Of a stretch of 64,000 nt of DNA, positions 42,301-56,200 are shown piece after piece. This DNA is from Octopus sinensis. Lineage: Eukaryota. The notes under the pieces were generated by a model. The model did no database searches. It had not been told where the DNA came from and worked only from the letters and a program-made list of their open reading frames with translations. The stretch's first letter is position 1; each line of letters begins with the position of its first letter. The position numbers and the translations under genes were made by a program. The DNA is taken from contig NC_043004.1 in the NCBI RefSeq assembly GCF_006345805.1, positions 105,090,001-105,154,000 of the forward strand, given 5' to 3'.

Positions 42301-45300
42301 CCTCAGCAGGTAGTCTCTTAGGGGACTTTTAGTTGTTCTCTATACTATACATTTTTATCTCCTTTCCCTTTCATCAAATGCTTCTCTTAAATTTCTGACA
42401 GTTCAATAACACTTCAAGCTCCCATTTTCAAACTGGTCTGAACCTTTGAGCCCTTCTAGCTCAAAGCCTGAAGTTACTAACCACTAACTTCTGTTAGTTT
42501 GTATATTCTTAATCAGGGAAAGACTTTGAATTTGCACCTATATGTGTATTTCTGTTTCTGGTGAGGATGTAATCAATCTGGCTTGTGTACCTATCAGATT
42601 GATAGGTGATCAGGTGACTAGCTGGGTTCCTGAATTAGTGGAATAGATCATGAAGTCATTTGCATCACAATCTTGTTCCCCTCATTTCTAGAGCCAAAGC
42701 CGTAGCCTTCAAGTACATCATGGAATCCACCAAACTGCTGCACAACATGTCCATTGAAGTCACCAGCTGTGAAGATTGCATCATTGTCATTCATCATTGA
42801 AGTAACCTGCAAAAAGGTTTTGTAAAATCAGTTCTTCTGCTCATCTGTCATATTTTCCAAGACTATTCTGCAAGGACTATTCAGTTCACTTTGTGAAGTG
42901 GTTGAAGTTAGGAAGAGCATCCAGCTGTAAAAACCAAGCCAAAACAGACACTGAAGACTGGTGCAGTCTTCTGCCTAAGCCAGCCCCTGTCAAACCCATG
43001 TCAGCATGGAAAGAGGATGTTAAGTGATGATGACGATGAAGATTCTAAGCTTAACAATCTTACCACACACTCCGGCTACCATGGTCACCTTATCTACCCA
43101 TTTTGCAGCCATCACTACGGCCTAACTAAAAGAATTTCTTCTTTTGCTCCTTGCCTGTGAGCAGTCTGGTTGAGACTTCCTGCCATAATGCTTCCAGCGC
43201 CACTAAATCTACATTTCATTGTTTCTACATTGACTGTGGATGCTCTAAAATTGTAGACTTGATAGAAAGAACGAGTGGATAGCTTACACGGAGGTTTTAA
43301 GTACCTGAAGAGAAGGTTTGTGCAAGGTGTTTGCATGAAAGCAAAGGGCTTTTGCATATGTCCAATTATGCAAGTACTACCTACAACTCGATGAATTATT
43401 TTCTTCAGATCCTTAAACCATCAGGGTCAAGAATGTGGTGGTGGTGCGTGTATGTATATACGTATATGTTGTGTGTACCCTTTTGTATGTATGTGCCATG
43501 ATAGATCGTTAGCTCCTACACGCATTTTTTTCTCTCCTTGTTTTTTTTCTGTGTATCTTTCTGTGGAAGAGCGTAGGCTCGAAACGTAAAAGACTTGTTC
43601 TATTTCTATTCCTGAGCGCCATACTAATACATTTGTTTGTTTGTACTCCACCTGCCTTCGTCTTTTGTTTATTTTCGTAAACCTTCCTGTTATATATATA
43701 TATATATATACACGTGCGTGTGCGCATGTATGTACGTGTGTGTGCTTGCGTGTACATGAGTGCATAAATGAATAAATATATATTTGAAGATGTGACTTCA
43801 CAGAGTAGTTAAATTAGTTTTCATTGTTTCCTCTCAACAAATAGATGTGTGTGTGTGTGTGTGTGATGAGAGTGTTTAGCGATACACGTACATAACAACC
43901 TCTTCACAAACACACGCGCGCGGAGAATCAGTAAAGTGAGCCAAGAGCACATTAAAGTTTATGAGTGATAACCAGATACAAGATACAAGGTTATTGTAAT
44001 GTAAACAAAGCAACTGAGCAAGCTGGCTGCAATCCATTTACATCATTCTATGTCACACACCGACACACAGACATCGATAAACAAGTTGGTAAAAACAAAA
44101 TACCAGAATTTTAAACAACTTCTAACGATACTTTTGAATGTCAGCGGGGGAGACGAGCGAGAGAAAGAGATGAGCAGAACAGCTGAACGGGTCATACAAT
44201 ATTCATATTAACGATGACAATAGTGATGATGATGATGATGGTGATGATGGTGATGGTGATGATGATGATGGTGGTGGTGATGGTGGTGGTGATGACAGCG
44301 ATGTTATCGGTGGCAGCAATATTAGGGATGAGTGGGAGGTTCGAGTGTGAGTGACGATGTTATTTAGCCCCAGGTCAGTCAAATCGCGTAGACTTGTGAT
44401 CAAAATGCGTTCTAGTTCGAAACAATATGAGCTTTTATTCAAACCGAGTGTATCTAGGACTACATTATCGATTAACCTTGTTGTTTAGCATCAGGTCGGC
44501 TCTGGTCGAGCAGACCTATGATCAAAAGTTTCCCATGCGTGACTATCTCAACTTCTTTTCAGACATATTGTTTCTATGACTGCATTGTCCAATATCTCCT
44601 TCCTTCTTTAAGACGGTAGGTCTTAATTTGAAGGACATTTCGTTGCTGTCTCTAGCAGGCTGAGCGCCTGTGGTTGATATTGCGTGCTAATGGTGCTCGT
44701 TGTGAGGTTGGCCGCAGTCACGCAATCGCTGACGAGAGAAATACCAGGAACAGAAAATGTGATTGTTGTTTCGAGCGAACCTATGATAAAAGGCACTTCA
44801 GCCACGACCATCTCGTCTTAGGTGGCGAATGGTATCTATGACAACATTGAATAATGTGGTCTTTTTTAAACAGTAAGCGATTTGAGATTTGGGCTATTAT
44901 TTCTAGCAGTCCGAGTGATCAGGAAGAGGATCCCACGTTGGCTAATAGTAGTTGTTGTTGTTGTTGCTATTGTCACAAGCAGTAATAGTAGTGATTGTGA
45001 TTTCTTAATTGAACAGTAGTTAGTTGTTTAACTATGACGATATTGACTGTTTGAATAATGAGAATGAAAAACGTGTAGTGGCGTTTATGGCTGAGATCAC
45101 CGGGAAATTGAAACTGGGACTTAATGGAAAAACCCCAGGAGTAATGAAAATAAATGTGATGCAAAATGATGGTTTAAATTTAGCTCAATATCGGACTTGG
45201 ATAAAAAGGTCATACGACAAGAGGGTTTCCAGCCATAGCCTCTTTTACCCAACTAAATAACAGTGCGTTTCCAGGATAAAGTGGGTGTGCGGGTACCCAG

Positions 45301-47170
45301 CAGAATTATAAACAAAATCTGTGTAAGCGTAGAAAAGCCTGTTGGTTTACTGTGCTGAGAAGACAAGTCGAGTTTAGTAAAATCGTGGTTGTCCTTGCAA
45401 ACAGGTATGTCCCCCGCGTCCCTCTCCAACTGAGCAACCCTAATCTTGCGGGCTGTCACGTAAAAAGTGGCCATGCCGGTGCCACATAAAACTACCCAGT
45501 ACTCTCTATAAAGTGGTTCGCGTTAAGGAGAGCATCCAGCCATAGAAACCATGCCAAAACATAGAACCTGGGCAGCTCTCCAGCTGGCCAGTCCCTGTCA
45601 AGCCGTCCAACCCATGCCAGCATGAAAAACAGACGTTAAATGATGATAATGATGAGGATGATATCAATGTCCAAACATACCTGGAGTGGTAGAGACCCCC
45701 ACCAGGTTTTCTGTTCTTGAAAAATTATGATATAGTCATATTAAATCAGATCAACACTGTTTGGTTGATAACCTGGAAAGATAGGTGAGAATGGAATTGT
45801 GGGTTAGCCCCAGGTCAGTCATGATCATGTGACTTATGATCAGAGGCATTCCACTTCTGACTATCCTGTCATTTTTTTTTTTTGGCTCTTTTTACAGAAA
45901 TAGTGTACCCCAGACTACATTGTCAAAAAAATAGTTTCAAACTTCATATTCCTCAAAAGACAGATTGGTATATAAAACTGCTTTGTGCAGTTAAGGGTAA
46001 TGAAGTTTGGAGTAGATATCTTTCACCTTTTACTTGCTTCAGTCATTGAACTGTGGCCATGCTGGGGCACCGCCTTGGAGGGTTTAGTCGAACAAATCGA
46101 CCCCAATAATTATTCTTTTAAGCCAGGTACTTTTCTATCAGCGTCTTTTGCCAAAAGAGATGTAAACAAACCAACACAAGCAATTGTGGGGACAAACAGA
46201 CACACAGAATCATATACATAGATATGTATACATACATTAAATATATATATATATATATATATAAATAAATCAAAATCGAAATCGATCAACATCAATGGAA
46301 ATTGTAGCTGTGATACCGTAAGAGAACCATCCGAACGTGGCTGTTGCCAGCGCCGCCCCGACTGGCCTTCATGCCGGTGGCACATAAAAAGCACCATCCG
46401 ATTGTGGCCGTTTGTCAGCCTCGTCTGGCCCCCATGACGGTGGCACGTAAAAAGCACCATCCGATCGTGGCCGTTTGCCAGCCTCGTCTGGTACCTGTGC
46501 AGGTGGCACGTAAAAAGCACCCACTACACTCTCGGAGTGGTTGGCATTAGGAAGGGCATCAAGCTGTAGAAACACTGCCAGATCAGACTGGAGCCTGGCA
46601 CAGCCTTCTGGCTTCCCAGACCCCAGTTGAACCGTCCAACCCATGCTAGCATGGAAAACGGACGTTAAACAATGATGATGATGATATATATATATATATA
46701 TATATATATATCCTCATATATATATATATATATATAAAATAATAATAACAATAATCCTTGGATGGAATTTATAGCAGTTTAATGCATTGCTAGGTGTGCT
46801 TCCACAAATTCCATGACTGAAATCATCCTGGGATGATTACAGTGTAGACTGTAGTATATATATATGGTTGGAGGTGCAATGGCCCAGTGGTTAGGGCAGT
46901 GGACTCGCAGACGTAGGATTGTGGTTTCCACAAGGCAAAACCTGGTGTACTCTTTCACTACAACTTTCTCTCACTCTTTTTTCTTGTTTCTGTTGTACCT
47001 GTATTTCAAAGGGCTGGCCTCGTCACACGCTGAATCTCCTTGAGAACTACGTTGAGGGTACATGTGTCTGCAGAGTGCTCAGCCACATGCACGTTAATTT
47101 CACAAGCAGGCTGTTCCGTTGATTGGATCAACTAGAACCCTCATCGTCATAACTGATGGAGTGCCATGAA

Positions 47171-47203
<33 letters not shown>

Positions 47204-50200
47204 TGACAGACTTATTTCCGTTCCTGTCTACCAAATCTACTCACAAGGCTTTGGTTGACACAAGGTTATAGAGGAAGACACTTATCCAAGGTGCCATGTA
47301 GTGAGACTAAACTGGAAACCATGTGTTTGGCAAACAAACTTCTTACCTCACAGCCTCGCCTGCACCTATATCTGATTTCCTCTACAATTTCATATAGGAG
47401 ACAAACTGCTCTGTGTCAATTACTTGGCTTCAAATCCTACTCTTTCACATAATCTGCTGAAAATACTCTAGAAAATGTATGAGCAACCCAAAACATCATT
47501 TCTTCTCTTATGTAAATATGAAGAGTGTCTCGAGTGTCTGTCTATGAAATCAACACTTCTGTAGTTTCTGAATAAAGCCCGTATCAGTTCTGTTGTGTTT
47601 ACTACTAGGTTTATCCATCCAGTCATTGCACTGTATACAAGATCTTTTAAACCCTTATCTTGCTGTGGAACTATTTCTAATAAAATATTTTTCAAGGAAT
47701 TTCTTTTTTTTTTTTTTCAGTTTTCTGCTTGAACTTTTACAAAAATTCCTTTAATATTTGGGAATTTTGTTTAGTTAGATTTTAATTAATGGCATCATTT
47801 GTTGTCATTCTTGTTGTTGACAGATCTGTGATTGAAGTCATGCCAGTCACACTTTATATCCGAGACTATATCATACAATACATGATTTTATTAAGGTTTG
47901 AGGTAGATTTGGCTGCTATTTCAAGTAAGTCAAGTGACTATCTACATATGACCTCTTGTTGGATTGTGATATTTTTAGAATTTTACTTTAATTCATCTCT
48001 ATTTTTAACAGAAAAGCAACATATTAAACCAACTTATTTCTCGAATTTCTAAGACACAACACAACTGCCCATAGCTTAACATTCAAGTCTGACAAGATTA
48101 TAAAATGCAGTGTTGTTTTCAAATACAGTAGTAGTAGTAGTAATATGACTACCATGACACATATTATATAATATAGTCCTGGATACAAAGTCTGAAAAAA
48201 AACAATTAAGATGGTCGTGACTGACATAACTTTTATAATGATCTACAGCCAACAAAAGTCTGCAAATAACTTAATGAAAATCTTTTTCATATATCCCATG
48301 AAACTTCTTCCTCGCAGACTTTGGCCTCAATTTTCATATATCAGGTCATCCCATAAGTTCTGTCCGATTAAAATTGAATGAAGTTTAATAGTATTTTAGA
48401 ATGCCTAATGGAATTAAAAATTATTTTTATGCATTTGTGTACATTTAAACTAATTAAATATTATTTTACAGAATAACAGAATTAAGATTTCTTTGATTAA
48501 AACCCTTTCTAACATGGAAGTATCCTAAGAGCATTTAAGGCACATAATGCTTTAGGAATACAAAAAAGGAAACTCTGCAGCTGAAGTGACTCAAAACATA
48601 CACTCAGTTTATGGGAAAGAAAGCTTGAATGAAAGAACTTGCAGAAGATGGATATCAGCCTTAAAGATGAAGATCGAACAGGACGTCCAGTTGAGTTTGA
48701 TGATAAGCTCTTTGAGGCATTACTTGAAGAAAATCCTGCATTACCAGTTAAAGAACTGGCAATAAACCATACAACTGTTCATCATCATCTTCAACAACTT
48801 GGAAAGGTTCCTAAACTTGGAAAATGGGTGCTTCATGAATTGTCTGAAAGCAACCGCAAATCCCGAGTTGACACCTGCTCGTCTCTCCATTCTCGTGAAC
48901 TCATTTCACCCTTTTTGGATAGACTTGTGACTGGTGACATAAAATGGATCTTCTATCGAAATGTTAAACATCATAAACAGTGGCTTGGTAAAAGGGAAAA
49001 AGCTCAACCACAACCAAGAAAGGAACTTCATGGAAAAAAGGTTCTTCTCTCTATCTGGTGGGATTGCAAAGGAGTAATTCACTTTGAATTGTTACCACCT
49101 AATGCAACAATCAATGCTCAAGTCTACTGTCAGCAATTAGAGCATTTGAAGCAAGCTTTGAAGAAAAAAAGACCCGCTTTAGTGAATCAAAAAGGATTGA
49201 TGTTTCATCAGGACAATGCGTGACCCCACACTGCAAAGATCACATTACAGAAGATCAAGGAGCTTGGTTGGGAAAAAATTCCTCATCCACCTTATTCTCC
49301 CAACCTTGCTCCTTCAGACTACCATTTGTTTCGAAGTTTGCAGAATCATTTGGGGGACATAACTTTCGCAAGCCAGGAGGAGGTTGAAACTGACATTTCA
49401 GAGTTCTTCGCTTTGAAACCAAAAGAGTTTTAAATTGATGGGATTAAAAAGCTTGTAAATAGATTGAAGGAAATCATAGATAATCAGGGAAAGTACATTG
49501 ATGATTAAATTTCAATTAAATATAACATTTGATCACTTGTTTTCTTTATTCAAAATTCGGACAGAACTTATGGGATGAGCTGATAGACAGATGGAGTAAA
49601 ATTATACTGCTTATGTAATAAACTAATAATGACTCAACAGGAAAACCAAGTTTATTGTGGATTGCAATTAGTTGAGGTGTTTTTAAAAGATTATGTCTGA
49701 GATGGAAAGAGTCTGAAGTTTCAAAGTTCTTGTAAACCAAATCACAGAAGATCTTAACATTTACTCAGTAGCAATGGTTTCTCAAAGAAAGGCTTGAAAC
49801 TACCACTGTGTTTACTTAGAATGTTACAAACAAATCTTTTTTTCAAAGTTCTTCATTAGAATTTATCACTAGCAAACATCCTGTTTCAAATGTATTGGTA
49901 TCTTGTTTATACTGGGGCTAAAAAACTTGCAGTAAACAGTGGCCATCATTCAGGACATTACTGGTGTTTCATACCTGTTCACCCAATTAATTTAGTTTAC
50001 AGAAACCAACCATCTAAACATTAGTCTGCCCAAATCACAATTTGGGAAGGTCTTTTAAGAGCTTATAAATGTCTATAAATATTTTTGAATCATCATCATC
50101 ATCGTTTAACGTCCGCTTTCCATGCTGGCATGGGTGGGACGATTGACGGAAGACTGGTGAACCAGATGGTTGCACCAGGCTCCAATCTGATCTGGCATAG

Positions 50201-53200
50201 TTTCTACAGCTGGATGCTCTTCCTAAAGCCAACCACTCTGAAAGTGTAATGGGTGCTTTTACGTGCAACTGGCATGTGGGACAGTCAAGCAGTACTGGAA
50301 ACAGCCATGCTCAAATGGTGTTTTTATGTGCCACCTGCACAGGAGCCAGTCCAGCAATGATCTCGCTCAAATATTTTTTCATGTGCCAGTGAGGCGACGC
50401 TGGTAACGATCACACTCGAATGGTGCTTTTTATGTGCCAGGAAGCCAGTCAGCTGCTCTGGCAATGATCACGTTTGGATGGTGCTCTGAGCAATACGCTA
50501 GCATGGAAGCCAGTTATCAAATTTGATTTCGATTTCGATCTCACTTGCCTCAACAGGTCTTTGCAAGCAGAGTTTAGTGTCCAATGAAAGAAAGGTACGC
50601 ATAAGGGGGCTGGTTACACCCCTGGCATAGGGGTGTAATGGGTTATGGTCTCATTTGGCTTTCTGGGTCTTCTGAAGTACAGCATATTTCCAAAGGTCTC
50701 GGTCACTAGTCATTGCCTCAGTGAGGCCTAATGTTTGAAGGTTGTGCTTCACCACTTCATCCCAGGTCTTCCTGGGTCTACCTCTTCCACAGGTTCCCAC
50801 AACTGCTAGCGTGTGGCACTTTTGCACACAACTATCTTCAGCCATTCTCGTCACATGACCATACCAGCGCAGTCGTCTCTCTTGCACACCACAACTGATT
50901 TTTCTCTCAAAGTACTTACACTCTGTTGAGTATGCACACTGACATTACACATCCATCGGATCATACTGGCTTCATTCCTTGCGAGCATATGCATGTCACG
51001 GCCCATGTTTCACTGCCATGTAGCATGGCTGTTCGTACACATGCATCATACAGTCTACCTTTTACTCTGAATGAGAGGCCCTTTGTCACCAGCAGTTAAG
51101 TAAGAGCTCTCTGAACTTTGCCCAGGCTATTCTTATTCTAGCAGCTAGACTTTCAGTACACCCACATCTGTTACTGACTTGGTAACCTAGGTAGCGGAAG
51201 CTATCAACTACTTCTAGTTTTTCTCCCTGGAATGTGGCGGAAGTTGTTCTCTGCACATTTTCAGTGTTTATTGCTCCTGAGCATCTGCCACATACAAAAT
51301 CTATCTTCCCGGTTAGCCTTCCTTTGATGTTGTTGCACCTCTTATGTGTCCATAGCTTACACTGGGTACATCTTATAGAGTTTCTAACTATGCCTTAATC
51401 CAGATTTAAAAATAGCTTCTTCCCCAGAGCAGTTTGAAACTAAACACAACACTCTTATATTAATAGTGGGGTTGTATGTCCGATGGGGCACTGAAAAATT
51501 CCTGGCTTTGGGTAAAAGAAAATACAAGAGGAACAGTCAATTATGATTTTATGCAACATATTCCCCTCTCAGATTCACCTACTTACTGTGTTGTTTCTTA
51601 AAATTTTAAGAAATAAATTGGTTAAAGATGTTGCTTTTCTGCTAAAAAGAGAATTGAATTAAAGCAAAATTTTTAAAATATCATAATCCAACAAGATAGA
51701 GTACTTAGTCACTTGACTTACTAAAAATAGCAGCTAAATCTCCCCCAAGTCTGAATAAAAAACACATATTGTATGACATAGTCCCTTTACACAGTCTGAA
51801 AAAAACAGACAAGATGGTCATAACTGGCATGACGTTAATCACAGATTTGTTGATTAAGAGCCAACCAACAAGAAAAATAACAACAAATGATGCCACAGAT
51901 TAAAATCTAACTAGACAAAATTCCCAAATATTAAAGGAATTTTTGTAAAAGTTGAAACAGAAAATTTGAAGCTGTATACAAAAATAAAAAAAAATTCCTT
52001 GAAAGATATCTGATTAGAAATAGTTCCACAGAGATAAGGGTTTAAAAAGTCCTGTAGAAGAACTAGGAAGGTTGGGCCTTTCACAATACCCTTAAAGCCA
52101 GGAACTTTTCAGCACTCCTTTGTATATAAATATATATATATATATATCACATTTTGAAAAAATTCTTTATATTACTTCAATAAAGAAGCTGTTTTCTAAA
52201 TAAGCCTGCATCATGTAACATTCATTTACAACTATTAAGCAACTGTTTACAACTATAGGTGCAGGAGTGGCTGTGTGGTAAGTAGCTTGCTAACCAGCCA
52301 CATGGTTCCGGGTTCAGTCCCACTGCGTGGCATCTTGGGCAAGTGTCTTCTGCTATAGCCCCGGGCCGACCAATGCCTTGTGAGTGGATTTGGTAGATGG
52401 AAACTGAAAGAAGTCTGTCGTATATATGTATGTGTGCGTGTGTTTGTGTGTCTGTGTTTGTCCTCCTAGCATTGCTTGACAACCGATGCTGGTGTGTTTA
52501 TGTCCCTGTCACTTAGCGGTTCGGCAAAAGAGACCGATAGAATAAGTACTGGGCTTACAAAGAATAAGACCTGGGGTCGATTTGCTCGATTAAAGGCGGT
52601 GCTCCAGCATGGCCGCAGTCAACTGACTGAAACAAGTAAAAGAGTGTCAAAGTCAGGAGAGAATAAGACACACACACACATGTGCGTGTGTGTATGTGCA
52701 CACACATGATGGGTTTCTTTGAGTTGTCTTCAACCAAATCCACTTACAAGGCTTTGGCAAAAGACACTTGCCCAAGGAGCCATGCAGTAGAACTGAACCT
52801 GAAAGCGTGTGCTTGGTAACACACAGCCACATCTACACCAGCTGCAGAATGTTTATTAGATGGTCTCCTTCTTCGCTTGAAGTCTGCCAAGTTTTGTAAG
52901 ATTATTTGTTAAACATTTAGTAACATATCAAACCAAGACATTAATTATGGATACAAATGTAATTTATAGAGATGTTATAGATTTTGGAACGGTTGTCCAC
53001 AGTTTGCTTTTCCATTGATTTTAGATACAGAGTTTACATTCTCTGGTCTTCATAGATAAATAACCTCTGCAACAGTTAAATTATTTTTTGTTTTCTGTCC
53101 CAAATAATAATGTCAGGGTTACTGGATTCGTATTGGGTTTTGAATGGAATGACCTACTAATATTCTTTCTGCTGGAATTTATGACTGTATGTATGTGTGT

Positions 53201-56200
53201 CTGGGTGTGGGGTGGTGGTGGTAATCTTATGCAAATTGCATCAATTCACCGTGCCACTTAATGTGTGTTAATTATGCTGTTACTTCTTAATTGTTTTTTA
53301 AGCTGTCATTTTCCTTCTGCTTCTTTAATTTAGACACAATACATTTTCATTTTGTTTGTACACATTGTTATACAATATATAGGTGCAGGAGTGGCTGTGT
53401 GCTAAGTAGCTTGCTAATCAACCACATGGTTCCGGGTTCAGTCCCACTGCGTGGCATCTTGGGCAAGTGTCTTCTGCTATAGCCCCGGGCCGACCAATGC
53501 CTTGTGAGTGGATTTGGTAGATGGAAACTGAAAGAAGCCCGTCGTATATATGTATATGTGTGTGTGTGTGTGTGTGTTTGTCTCCCTAGCATTGCTTGAC
53601 AACCGCTGCTGGTGTGTTTACGTCCCTTTAACTAAGCGGTTCGCCAAAAGAGACCGATAGAATAAGTACTGGGATTACAAAGAATAAGTCCCAGGGTCGA
53701 TTTGCTCGACTAAAGGCGGTGCTCCAGCATGGCCGCAGTCAAATGACTGAAACAAGTAAAAGAGTAAAGCTGTCGATGTATCTCCCTACAATATATGATA
53801 GAAATAAGGGCAGCGTACAGACGTAATTTATAAGGAAAGAGTATAAACAATCTTTATACGATCATCAGAGTATAGATTATAAGGGAAGGGGATAAACAAA
53901 TTAGTGGAGTCAAGTATATTGCTGATACATACTTCATTAATACTCCAGAAAGATTAAAAGACAAAACCAGCTTTGGTCAAATTAGAACTTAGAAACTACA
54001 ATTTACAATAAGGCACAGGCATGGCTGTGCAGTAAAAAGTCTGCTTCCCAGCCACATGGTTCTAGATTCAGTTCCACTGTGTGGCACCTTGGGCAAGTAT
54101 CTTTTACTATAGCCTCAATCTAACCAAAGTCGTGTGAATGGATTTGGTAGACAGAAACTGAAAGAATCCTGTCATGTGTGTGTGTGTGTGTGTCTTTGTG
54201 TTTGTCTCTCACTACTGCTTGACAAGTGGTGCTGGTATGTTTACATCCCCATAACCTAGCAGTTCAGTAAAAGGGACCAATAAAATAAGTATCAGGCTTA
54301 AAAAAACAATATGAATTATGACTGATTCATTTGACTAAAAGTTTTTCAAGGCGATGCCCCAGCATGGCCCTGGTCTAATCACTGAAACAAGTAAAGGATA
54401 AAAGTAAAGATCTCAACATTAGAAATTTTAAAAACCAAGAAACAATTGTTATTTCTCTGGGACCTACCCCCCACTTGGCAAAATGAATACACTCTCTACA
54501 TTTCTAAATCAACATTGGCTCTAATCTGCAAGTTAACGTTTACTTGAGCTCCTTCTTTCATTGATCTCTTCTAGTCACTTCTAAGAAACACTTTCAGTTT
54601 TTATGCAAAATTCAGTTATTTATAAATGATCATAAGTAACAATCCAAACCAAATTAAGGTCCTGAAATATGTGAGGCCCAATGGAAATGAGGAAACTACA
54701 CACTATCTTTAGAATAGCTATCTGTGGCTTAAACTGCTTCTTTTGCTGTTTTTAGACTTGAAAAAAATAACAAGAAAGAAAGGAAAAAGAAACTGAAATC
54801 CATTCTTTTTACTGAGTCAAAATATATTTTAAATATTACTTTTTATATAAAGTGGTGAGAAGAGAAGGGACAGATAGTAACCCCATAACTTTTGCTTGCA
54901 GGTCCCCTTCTTTGATTGGTGAGACTGAATTTAATTGATGTTCAGTTCTACACAGAAAATGTAGGCAGGAAGGGATATTCCAGACTGGTAATGGGTAAAG
55001 TGTGAAGACCCCCTTTGGTCATGAATGACCATGGGATTGCACCTAGAAAGTTACCCTCTGAGGCATAAGTTCCATGCCACTGATGTTATCCAAGAGAAAG
55101 GCAAAGGCTGATACAGCTTGGCACCAGCAATGTTGCTACTCATTTATACAGCGGAATGAACTGGAGCAATGTGAAACAAAGTGTCTTGCTCAAGAACACA
55201 ACAGACAGCTTGGTCTGGGAATCAAACTCACTACCTCATGATTGTAAGCCTGATGCTCTAACCACTGAACCATGTGCCTTCACCAGACTTGTACCACTCT
55301 GGTAAGTGAGCTTTTGTTGACATGTTTAATTTAGGATCTGAGAAAAGAGAAAATAGGAAATAACAAGAGTAATTGTGACAGATTAGTCAGATGTTATGGC
55401 TTAAGAGGGAAAGAAGGATGGAGGAGAGGGAGAGAGAGAGACAGAATGGAGGTAGGTAAGAGAAGAGGCTGTGGTAGTGGTGACAGAAGGTAAGAAGAGA
55501 CAAGAAGGATGTCCCAAGTGAATCTGGCTGAAGAGAAAATGTGTAGGTAGCTAGAGGTGCAGAGGTTAGGGTTAAGAGCATCAAAGGTATCAGAGAGGAA
55601 TAACGACTATTGTATGATGTTATTGAAAATGCAATTAGACTCGTATATTTGAACAGGATCCAATGCCAAGAACCACTAAAAAAGATCATCACCATCATTA
55701 TCATCATTTAATGTCTGTCTTCCATGGGTTGAACAGTTTGACAAGAGTTGAGAGGCTGGAGAGCTCCACTGTCTGCTTTGCCATGATTTCTATGCTGGAT
55801 GCCCTTTCTAATGCCAACCACTTAAATCAGTGTACTGCGTGCTTTTTTGTGGAACCAGTACCAGTCGGGTCATGAAATAACTTGTGAGGTGAAGACCTCT
55901 CAAGTGGGAGAGAGAGGGGAACAGAGGGACGGGACTCTGTGCCAGGCGAGAAGTTAGAGTATAATAGAGAGATAGAAATAAGTGTCTTGCTGTCGAGGAG
56001 ATACTCGGCTACTTCAGTAGGAAAGGAGAGAAAAGGAAGAGGAGTAAGAGAGAATGAAAAAGAAACATTCAGAGTGAACGAAATAGATGGTCTTGGGGAT
56101 GCACTGGGAAGAAGAGGGAGTGCTATCCACAGATAGCAGTGGGAAGAGTGTAAGAGGTATAATGGGAAGTTCCCAAAGAGCGTGACAGAAATTGGAGTGT

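Noticed and set aside
45681-45712. Possible 30-nt cassette exon in intron 1 (CAG|GTATGT donor)
   Set aside because: Purine-rich acceptor and no SERINC homology; exon 1 already joins exon 2 cleanly.
50240-50490. Repeat-spacer arrays with a palindromic ~25-nt repeat (also at 6572, 28740, 29820, 40215, 46322) resembling CRISPR
   Set aside because: Linkers are related to each other, arrays belong to an RTE 3' UTR, there are no cas genes and the context is eukaryotic.
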